Shown: positions 40,189 to 48,352 of the stretch, one piece after another | How positions within the stretch are numbered: position 1 is the first letter of the stretch | Layout of the letters: every line of letters begins with the position of its first letter | NCBI GenBank assembly: GCA_963836755.1 | Contig: CAWIKF010000002.1 | Coordinates: 608,001 to 672,000 of the forward strand | Reading direction: 5' to 3' | From: an uncultured Verrucomicrobiae bacterium | Lineage (GTDB): Bacteria > Verrucomicrobiota > Verrucomicrobiia > Chthoniobacterales > Chthoniobacteraceae | DNA: 64,000 bases | Position numbers and translations under genes: made by a program | The notes under the pieces: generated by a model | What the model was told of the DNA's origin: nothing | The model's input: the letters and a program-made list of their open reading frames with translations, nothing else | Database searches by the model: none

Positions 40189-40229
40189 TTCGCCGCAGTG
40201 TTTCAAGGACGCTGCGGCGAATTTTGTTT
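40189..40229. terminator. Rho-independent terminator between convergent genes
   Basis: TTCGCCGCAGTGT-TTCAAGG-ACGCTGCGGCGAA followed by TTTTGTTT. Confidence 0.75.
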
Positions 40230-40243
40230 GATTCGAGCGATGC

Positions 40244-41254
40244 TTATGCCATGCGACCGTGCCCGTCGCGATAGGCCGGGTGCGCGTAATCCACGGAATG
40301 CGCGAACGCGGTCGCCCCGGAGAAACGTCCCTCCAGCTCGCTGATGCGGTCTTTGTTCATCTTGGTGAAAGTCGCGGCGATCTTCGCGTTTTCCTGCACG
40401 TCGCTGACTTTCGTGATGCCGCTGACCACTGCAGTCACGGGTGAAGAAAGGGCGTAGCCGAGCGCTTCCGCGGCGGTGATTTTACCTTCATTGACCAGCG
40501 GGCCCTTGCCGCCGCCCATTGTTTTCATCGCGAGCGGAGCGATCCCCCGCTTCACCGCCTCGGGAAGAACTTTGTCGTGGAAACCTTTGCCGTGCAGAGC
40601 GTCGAGCGGATTGATCGGCATCTGCACGGAATCGAATGGAAAACCGCGGGTGATCATGGCGAGATGCACGTCGGGATCGGAATGGCCGGTGAAGCCGATG
40701 AAGCGGACTTTGCCCTGCTTTTGCGCCTCGGTCAGCGCCTCGAGCGTTCCGCCGGGCGAGTAGGCGAGATCGACCTGCGCCATCGATTCGAGCGCGTGGA
40801 GTTGCCACAGATCGAGGTGGTCGGTGCGAAGGCGCCGCAGCGAATCCTCCAGCATCTGCATGGCGCGCGCTTTGCCGAGGTTCATGTGGTTGCTGCAAAC
40901 TTTCGTCATCAGGAAAATTTTGTCGCGCTTGCCTTCGATGAGTTTTCCCATCAGCTCCTCGGCCTTGCCGTCAAAGTATTCCCAGCAGTTGTCGAAAAAG
41001 TTGACGCCGTGCGCGAGCGCGGCATCGACGATCTTTGGCGCTTCTTCATCGCTCGCCATGCGCAACGCGTGACCGCCGAGTGCGAGCGAGGAGACGGTGA
41101 AATCATGACGACCAAACTTTCGGCGCGGCACTTGGAAATTCTCGGGATTTTTGGCGGTTTCATCCGCGCGGAGGCGGCCCGACATTAGCACTCCGGCGCT
41201 TGCGACGCCGAGTTTCTTCAGAAATTGCCTGCGGTCGTGCTCGGAGTTTTCCAT
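40244..41254 (-). CDS. Aldo/keto reductase with Tat signal
   Basis: DRRQFLKK; FFDNCWEY, FLMTKV, SLRRLRTDHLDLWQLH, GKVRFIGFTGH. Confidence 0.9.
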   Translation of the reverse strand: MENSEHDRRQFLKKLGVASAGVLMSGRLRADETAKNPENFQVPRRKFGRHDFTVSSLALGGHALRMASDEEAPKIVDAALAHGVNFFDNCWEYFDGKAEELMGKLIEGKRDKIFLMTKVCSNHMNLGKARAMQMLEDSLRRLRTDHLDLWQLHALESMAQVDLAYSPGGTLEALTEAQKQGKVRFIGFTGHSDPDVHLAMITRGFPFDSVQMPINPLDALHGKGFHDKVLPEAVKRGIAPLAMKTMGGGKGPLVNEGKITAAEALGYALSSPVTAVVSGITKVSDVQENAKIAATFTKMNKDRISELEGRFSGATAFAHSVDYAHPAYRDGHGRMA

Positions 41255-41308
41255 GGTAAAAGGAGGTTCGTAGCCGGTGCGCTTCGCGGGCGCATTGGCA
41301 GAAATCAG

Positions 41309-43435
41309 CTAGTCGGCAGAAACTTTGACGCCATCGCTCGAGGCAGTGAGCGTGTGCAATTTTCCGCCGAAGCTGACTTTGGAAAGCGTGCCGTGGAAGG
41401 GCCGCGAAGTCTGTGGGTCGACGAGCATTTGCTTGCTGTCGATGGACGGTTCGAAGCCGAAGAAAGTGTTGATGACGACGTCGGCGAAGGCGGCGCCGCT
41501 GATGCATTCTTTCATGCAGCCGCCGCGCAATGCGACGCGGACGGGCGCGTTGTAGTCCTTGATGTCGGGGCCGTAAAATTCACGCGCTTGCGCGAAAGGA
41601 CCTTCCTTTGTGACGACGGCGGTGCGGCAGTAAAAATCGAATGCATCCTTCGGGTCGCCGAGCCGCCACATCGCGCCGATCGTCAGCGGGATCCAGCCAT
41701 CGTATGCGCCCATCGGGCTGTGGTCGGGCCGATTCGAATGCTGCGCAGAGGCGTCCTGCCAGCTCATCGCGCGCATCCAATCCCGCGTAAAGAGTTCGCG
41801 TTTGACGAAGGCATTCATCTCCGACTTTTGCGTGGCATTGAGATCGTGGTCGAGCGCGTTGCCGACGTAGATGAAATCGACGCAATGCCGCAGATCGACG
41901 AGCGTGCCGTCGAGGTGGTAGGCATTCCAGACGCCGTCGCCTTTTTTATAAAGACCGAGGACTGCCGGCAAAAGGGCCGCGGCCTTCGCCTGCAGTTCTT
42001 GCGCGCGCGCCGCTTCGCCGTGAAGCGCGTGCCATTGCGCCATCTGCCGCATCATCCACACATCCTGCGCGTGGAGCGAGGCGACGCAGTTGATATATTC
42101 GGGAGCGCATTCGAGGAGGTTGCCGTTTCCGCCGTAATCGACGAGGCCGTGCGGGCCTTTCGGCAGCGTCTCCCAATCAGTCGCAAAGGCGTCCATGCGC
42201 TCGAGCACAGTCTGGTCATCCTCGAGTTTTTCGTCAAGAAACGCACGGTCGCCGGTGATGCGGAGATAGGTGTCGGCGGTTTTGAAAATCGTGCACGCGT
42301 TAAAGGAGTAGCCCATCTCCTTGTCGTAATGCTTCGCGTCAAAACCGCTCGCAGAGCCGGTGGAAGTGTGCGCGCCGCTGCGCGGATTTTGCACCAGCCA
42401 ACGGCGGAGCGTCGCCTTTAGGCCCTTCGGCTCGAGCAAAGTCCACGCGCTCGCCTGCATCGACGCATCCCAATAATATTGAATGCCGTCGCCGCGCTCG
42501 CCGCTGGTTATGAAGTCGCGCGGCGTCACGGGAAATTGCGTCCGCTCAAGGATCAGCATGGTCAGTGCGCCCATGTAGTAGTTCCGATCGAGCGCCGGGT
42601 GGTCGCTCTTGAGCACCGGCAGGTTGCCGGAAAAATGCGTGTTGCCCGGCGTGAAAGCGTCGGCCCATCGCTGCTCCCAGACATGCTGGCAAGCGTTCAT
42701 CGTCGCGTCAAAGTTCGCAGCCCATCCGGCGACTCGCTCGTCCGTCTGTGCGGCCAGCGGCGATTTTTCATCGCCAGCGACGTAACCGATCGCCGCCTTT
42801 CCGCCCGCGGGTAAATCGAGTGTCCAATTCCAGCAGACCACATCCTGCTCCGTCGTCACCGAGTCAGGTTTGCGCGACGGCCGCAGGACGGAGACGATGT
42901 TCCGCCGCTGAGTCGAATTTGCCACGCCGACGCCGTCGGGCTGCAGCACGCCCGGCACGCGCAAGGTGACAGTGACCTTTGCCGCCTTCGCGGCGGGATT
43001 GGAAACATTGACGCGGCACAGCACGCCGCGTTGCTCATTGACCATCCGCGTGTCGGATTCGATCGTAAGCCCGGCCGCATCGCGATTCCGGCGCATCGCC
43101 TTGTAGGCACACCAGCGAAACTCCGCCGCCGGATACGCCACGCCATCGACCGTCATCGTCACCAGCGGATAGCCCGGGAGCCACGGGAATGGCGCGCCCT
43201 TCACGCGCCCAAACACTCCGCCCGGATTGCAGTAAAACGAAGTCAAGTCGGGCCCGACGAGGACCATTTGATGGAAATTATGAACGTCCGGCAGATTGGC
43301 GACATCCTTCGCGGGGAGCCAGTCGCCAGCCATTTCGTCGAGCGACGGAATCGCGGGCGCATCCTTCGCCGCCGAAAGTCCAGCAGCCGTCGAAAGAGCA
43401 AGAACGAAAAGAGAAATGAAGAGGCGTTTACTCAT
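41309..43435 (-). CDS. Secreted hypothetical protein, probable (alpha/alpha)6 glycoside hydrolase
   Basis: Signal peptide; YYWDAS motif, YLRITGDRAFL helix motif; CAZyme context. Confidence 0.55.
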   Translation of the reverse strand: MSKRLFISLFVLALSTAAGLSAAKDAPAIPSLDEMAGDWLPAKDVANLPDVHNFHQMVLVGPDLTSFYCNPGGVFGRVKGAPFPWLPGYPLVTMTVDGVAYPAAEFRWCAYKAMRRNRDAAGLTIESDTRMVNEQRGVLCRVNVSNPAAKAAKVTVTLRVPGVLQPDGVGVANSTQRRNIVSVLRPSRKPDSVTTEQDVVCWNWTLDLPAGGKAAIGYVAGDEKSPLAAQTDERVAGWAANFDATMNACQHVWEQRWADAFTPGNTHFSGNLPVLKSDHPALDRNYYMGALTMLILERTQFPVTPRDFITSGERGDGIQYYWDASMQASAWTLLEPKGLKATLRRWLVQNPRSGAHTSTGSASGFDAKHYDKEMGYSFNACTIFKTADTYLRITGDRAFLDEKLEDDQTVLERMDAFATDWETLPKGPHGLVDYGGNGNLLECAPEYINCVASLHAQDVWMMRQMAQWHALHGEAARAQELQAKAAALLPAVLGLYKKGDGVWNAYHLDGTLVDLRHCVDFIYVGNALDHDLNATQKSEMNAFVKRELFTRDWMRAMSWQDASAQHSNRPDHSPMGAYDGWIPLTIGAMWRLGDPKDAFDFYCRTAVVTKEGPFAQAREFYGPDIKDYNAPVRVALRGGCMKECISGAAFADVVINTFFGFEPSIDSKQMLVDPQTSRPFHGTLSKVSFGGKLHTLTASSDGVKVSAD

Positions 43436-43915
43436 TGGGGTTGGAGAGAAAGTTACTCCGCTCGACGCGTTGTCTCCAGCGGAAAAAATGGGACAACTTC
43501 TGTCTTCCTACGTCCGGTATTCACTCGTTCCCTTTGTATTCTTGCCGCATTTAGAAGAACAAAGAGCAAAGGGCGCAGCTGCTAGTATCCCGAAATGATT
43601 GCAGGAACGCGTCCCATCGTCAGACGATCGCAGGTCGCAGCCGCAGTATCACGCTGGCCCGAAATCCGGACATGACGAAGCTGCGGACGGCGGTGCGCTC
43701 CGTATAGGGATCTGGAATGTGTGTAAAGCCGGATCGGTTTTGAAAAATGATCGCAAAGAGTGAGCGAGCTAGCATCAATCCGGTCCGGGCAAATGTCCGT
43801 CGATTGCTTTGTCTCGACATTCCGCGAAACAAACTCTTAATCAAGATACTGAACGTCCCTCACGCAGATACCACCATGCTAAATACGCGCGTTTCCTAAC
43901 CGACACCTTCTTTCA

Positions 43916-45124
43916 TTGCTTGCAGCTACGCTCTGCTTTTCCTGTCTTTCGGCGAATGGCGCTGCCAACACAGTGGAATTGGCTTCGCCGAAAAATGAGG
44001 ACCATTTTGAGGTAACCAAGCCGTTATTCTTTTGGCAGACTGACCCCCAAGCCAAAAGCTACAGCTTGGTAATCGATGGCACGCCGGTAGCCGAAATTCC
44101 GGCTCAATCCATCCCCGTCATGCACTTCGGACTGACGAAGGAACTCCCTCCCGGCCCTCATCATTGGTTGGTAAAAGAAACAACGACGACTGGTTCTGAA
44201 AACAGTTCCAGCAGCTCCGCCTTCACCATTGATCCTCCTGAAACTTGGCCCCATTGGGCGATTGGCCCCTTTGAACGATATGGAAAAAATCCGGTCCTCT
44301 CGCCGCAGGGAACGACTTGGGAGTCGGTCAACACGCTCAATCCCGGCATGCTTTTCGACCAGGGAAAATTCCGCATGCTCTATCGCGCGCAAGGCAAGGC
44401 TTGGGCTTCCCGCGTGGGCTATGCGGAAAGTCCCGACGGCGTCAGCTTTGTCCCGAATCCCAACCCGGTCATCGACATTACCGATCCTGCCGAAAAGAGG
44501 TTCGGCTGTGAAGACGCTCGATTCCTAAAGTATCAAGGAACCTATTATTCCTTTTATGCCGGCCCGGGCGGTGAGGCGGAGGCTACTTCGCCTGATGGGC
44601 TTCATTGGACAAAGCTCGGACCGATCGGCGCCAAAACAAAGAACGCCGCGGTTGTCTGCAACCCCAATGGCGTCCCGGTCAAGATCAACGGTAAGTTCGC
44701 CATGTTCATTGGCGACAGTCGGTTCAACGTCTGTTATTCGGACGACTTTATCCATTGGGGCCCGCTGACTAAAATCGACATGAAGTTTCCGCATGGCTGG
44801 GGAGCTCCTTATGAGCCGTGTATTGCGATCACTGATTATTCGGCGGCGCAGCCCGATAACGTCGTGCTGTTCATTGCCGGCACCCTCAACGGTAAAGGCA
44901 AATGGTTCTATGCCATATCCGAAGTCCTCTTTTCGAAAAAAGATCTTACCACAAAAGTCGCGCAGCTCGACGACTGCATTATGAAGCCTAGTGAGCCTTA
45001 TGAAAGTGGTCAGAACAAAAACTGTCTCTGGATGCACAGCATCATCCAGCACGACCGGCAATGGTGGATGTATTATGGAGCCGGAGATCGATTTGTGGCC
45101 TTAGCGACAGCTCCTTTGAAATAG
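43916..45124 (+). CDS. GH130-like five-bladed beta-propeller glycosidase with N-terminal Ig-like segment
   Basis: NPVLSP, NPG, MLYRAQ, SRVGYAESPDG, GCEDAR, YYGAGD. True start may be the ATG at 43876 via a 1-nt frameshift. Confidence 0.75.
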   Translation: MLAATLCFSCLSANGAANTVELASPKNEDHFEVTKPLFFWQTDPQAKSYSLVIDGTPVAEIPAQSIPVMHFGLTKELPPGPHHWLVKETTTTGSENSSSSSAFTIDPPETWPHWAIGPFERYGKNPVLSPQGTTWESVNTLNPGMLFDQGKFRMLYRAQGKAWASRVGYAESPDGVSFVPNPNPVIDITDPAEKRFGCEDARFLKYQGTYYSFYAGPGGEAEATSPDGLHWTKLGPIGAKTKNAAVVCNPNGVPVKINGKFAMFIGDSRFNVCYSDDFIHWGPLTKIDMKFPHGWGAPYEPCIAITDYSAAQPDNVVLFIAGTLNGKGKWFYAISEVLFSKKDLTTKVAQLDDCIMKPSEPYESGQNKNCLWMHSIIQHDRQWWMYYGAGDRFVALATAPLK

Positions 45125-45177
45125 CACTGGTTGTAGATGACCCAGAATGGCTTGTCGAACCTCTGGCTCTCAGTAGA

Positions 45178-48100
45178 ATGCCTGCTGTGAAAACAATTTC
45201 CCCCGTGTGGCCGGAGTTTCGAAACGCTAAAAGGTTTCTAGGCCGATTTTACCTTCCTTTTGTATTTCTGCTTTTGAGTATCTGGACTGCCTCAGGGCAG
45301 GATACTTCCGTCTCCTTACTCAGCGGTGGATCGTGGAAACTGGCGCCTCAGAGCGACGTTCCCGAGTCCGGCGAACAAATTTCAGCGAGCGGCTTCTCGA
45401 CAGCAAGTTGGTTGGCAGCTCAGGTCCCTGGAACCGTATTCGGCTCGTATGTTCTGGCGGGTAAGGAGAAGGATCCCAATTTCGGGGATAACATCTATCA
45501 GGTCGATGTGCTTAAGTATGATCGTAATTTTTGGTATCGCACCGACTTCTCCGTTCCCGAGGCCTATCAAGGCCGCCGAATCTGGTTGAACCTGGACGCC
45601 GTAAACCGGGATGCCGATGTATATGTAAATGGGAATAAAGTCGGCTCTATGCACGGATTCCTGCAACGTGGCCGCTTCGATGTCACCAGCGTGGTCAAGG
45701 TAGGCGGGAAGAATTGCCTGGCGGTGCTTGATTATGTCCCGGTCCTGTTTGGTAAGGACGATGCCGAGATGCGAACGGAGATCGCGGCGGAACAGAAGGC
45801 CAAGCCTGGTCCAGTATTCGTCAGCAAGGAGAACTATAGCAGCCCCGCCTTTATCTGCACGCGAGGATGGGATTGGATGCCGCCGGTCCCGGGGCTCGAT
45901 ATGGGTATCTACAAGGACGTCTATTTGAGCAGCACCCAAGATGTCACCCTCAACGACCCATGGATCCGAACGGAAGAACTTGGTTCCGATAGTGCGGATC
46001 TTTTTGTTCAGACGGACTTGCAGAATCTTTCTTCGGCCGATGTGCAGGGAACCTTGGACGGCGAGATCAACCCAGGAAAAATCACCTTTTCCCAACCGGT
46101 GACAGTCAAATCAGGAACGACGCAGACCGTGACCCTCACGAGCGCCACCGTCGCTGCGCTTCATATCGCCAATCCGAAGCTCTGGTGGCCGAATGGCTAC
46201 GGAGATCCCAGCCTATATGCGATTAAGCTCGCCTTCAAAACGAGCGGGGTGATTTCTGACCAGAAGACGATCAACTTCGGGATTCGAAAATACACGTATG
46301 ATACTGAGGACAAGACGCTCCACTTTTACATCAATGGTGTGCGTGTTTATCCCAAGGGCGGCAGTTGGGGAATGGCCGAATATCTCCTGCGCTGCACCGC
46401 CAAGGACTACGACACCAAGGTTCGTTTTCATCGGGAACTAAACTTCAATATCATTCGCAATTGGATGGGCATGACTCCGGACGACGCTTTCTATGCGGCG
46501 TGCGATAAGTATGGAATCATGGTCTGGGACGAGTTTTGGCTAAACTCCTTGGGGGGAAAGCCACGGGATGTCTCCGTGTTTCACGACAATTTAATCGAGA
46601 AAATAAAACAGTTCCGAAATCACGCCTGCATCCTCCTTTGGTGCGGCGACAACGAGGGCACGCCTCCCGAACCCTTGAATGGTTGGTTGCGCGACGCCGT
46701 GCAGACCTATGATGGGGGGGATCGCTATTATCAACCTCAATCCAACCGAGGAAACCTGAGCGGCAGCGGGCCATGGGGCAACCTCGATCTGAAAAACTAC
46801 TTCACCGGCGTTGGCTTGGAACGGATTAAGGGCATCCCTTACGGGAACCGAAGTGAAGTCGGCATGGCCACGGTTACGAACCTTGATAGCCTCAAAAAGT
46901 TCATGCCGGAAGCGAGTCTGTGGCCAACCAACGAAATGTGGAACAAGCATTTCTTTGGTCGCTTTGCCGGACACGCAAGTCCATCCACCTATTTCGCCGA
47001 CGTAAACCACCGCTACGGCAGAGCGAAGGGAATCGAGGATTTCTGCCGAAATGCGCAGTTGCTCAATATCGAAACGATGAAGGCAATGTTCGAGGGCTTT
47101 TTGGATCACAGTGATAAGGACTCTGCAGGTGTGATCATCTGGATGAGCATGTCCGCATATCCCTCCCTGGTTTGGCAGACCTTTGACTATTACTACGATT
47201 TAAACGGCGCTTATTGGGGCGCTAAGTCGGCCTGCGAACCTCTCCATATCTATTGGAACGAAAACGATGATCGGATTCGGGTAGTCAACACCACGGGTAA
47301 GCCGGCCGATGGATTGACGGCAGAGGCATGGATTTATAATCTGGATGGCTCCCAGAAGTATGAGCGAAAGTCCGGCCTACTTGAATCCAAGCCCAATGCA
47401 GTAGCTGATTGCTTTACACTCACCTATCCCGAGGATCTAACGCCGGTCCATTTCATTCGGCTGCGGCTCACGAATCGTTCAGGAGCGCTGGTCTCCGAGA
47501 ACTTTTATTGGCGCGGCACCCAGGATCTCAATTTCAAGGCTCTCAACTCGCTTAAAAAAGTTGCGTTGGGGTTAACCTCCCAAAGCTCACAAGAGCAGGG
47601 CGAATCGGTTGTCACGGCAACGGTCACTAATCCAGCAAACTCGCAGACAGTTGCCTTTGCCATTCGCCCGCTTCTTGTCAAACCGAGCACGGGCGGCCAA
47701 ATCCTGCCGGTGATCATCAGCGACGGCTATTTCTCGTTGTTGCCGGGGGAAAGCAAACAGATCACCTTTCGATACGATCCTGCACTGGCTGGCGGCGAAA
47801 CTCCGCAGGTGCGATTGGAGTGTTACAACAATTTCACGACCGAAAAAGTAGCTCCTATTTTGCCGGGCGACCTCGCGCAGAATAAAAAGGTGACTGCTTC
47901 CTCTGACAACCGTCAGGCAGACGGTCCGGACGCGGTGGTCGATGGTGATTTGACGACACGGTGGCTTTCCGATGGTAATACGGATCCGCAGTGGATCAGG
48001 ATTGACCTTGGATCCAGTCAGAAAATCAATCGCGTCAAACTCCTTTGGGAAAAGTCTTATGCCAAGAGCTATGCAATGCAGGTGTCCGACGATGGGCTGA

Positions 48101-48270
48101 CATGGACGGACATCTACCAGACGAGCACTGGCAAGGGGGGCACTGAAGACCTTACGAACCTCAGTGGACGCGGGCGCTACATTCGGCTCAACGCAACGGA
48201 ACGGGCCAATCGCTACGGATACTCGCTTTATGAGTTCGAAGTTTTTGGGCCGGATCAGCCACAGCATTAA
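45178..48270 (+). CDS. GH2 (beta-mannosidase/exo-glucosaminidase type) with C-terminal F5/8 type C (CBM32-like) domain
   Basis: AQVPGTV, GWDWMP, LWWPNGYG, CDKYGIMVWDEF, WCGDNE; C-terminal DGDLTTRW...WIRIDLG...YSLYEFEV. Confidence 0.88.
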   Translation: MPAVKTISPVWPEFRNAKRFLGRFYLPFVFLLLSIWTASGQDTSVSLLSGGSWKLAPQSDVPESGEQISASGFSTASWLAAQVPGTVFGSYVLAGKEKDPNFGDNIYQVDVLKYDRNFWYRTDFSVPEAYQGRRIWLNLDAVNRDADVYVNGNKVGSMHGFLQRGRFDVTSVVKVGGKNCLAVLDYVPVLFGKDDAEMRTEIAAEQKAKPGPVFVSKENYSSPAFICTRGWDWMPPVPGLDMGIYKDVYLSSTQDVTLNDPWIRTEELGSDSADLFVQTDLQNLSSADVQGTLDGEINPGKITFSQPVTVKSGTTQTVTLTSATVAALHIANPKLWWPNGYGDPSLYAIKLAFKTSGVISDQKTINFGIRKYTYDTEDKTLHFYINGVRVYPKGGSWGMAEYLLRCTAKDYDTKVRFHRELNFNIIRNWMGMTPDDAFYAACDKYGIMVWDEFWLNSLGGKPRDVSVFHDNLIEKIKQFRNHACILLWCGDNEGTPPEPLNGWLRDAVQTYDGGDRYYQPQSNRGNLSGSGPWGNLDLKNYFTGVGLERIKGIPYGNRSEVGMATVTNLDSLKKFMPEASLWPTNEMWNKHFFGRFAGHASPSTYFADVNHRYGRAKGIEDFCRNAQLLNIETMKAMFEGFLDHSDKDSAGVIIWMSMSAYPSLVWQTFDYYYDLNGAYWGAKSACEPLHIYWNENDDRIRVVNTTGKPADGLTAEAWIYNLDGSQKYERKSGLLESKPNAVADCFTLTYPEDLTPVHFIRLRLTNRSGALVSENFYWRGTQDLNFKALNSLKKVALGLTSQSSQEQGESVVTATVTNPANSQTVAFAIRPLLVKPSTGGQILPVIISDGYFSLLPGESKQITFRYDPALAGGETPQVRLECYNNFTTEKVAPILPGDLAQNKKVTASSDNRQADGPDAVVDGDLTTRWLSDGNTDPQWIRIDLGSSQKINRVKLLWEKSYAKSYAMQVSDDGLTWTDIYQTSTGKGGTEDLTNLSGRGRYIRLNATERANRYGYSLYEFEVFGPDQPQH

Positions 48271-48352
48271 CCGTATAGTTCTCGGGTGTGTTAAAAAGCA
48301 TCGGCATCCGGCGCTATGCCTGGTTCTTGTTAAGCCCGAAGAGATTTCCCTT

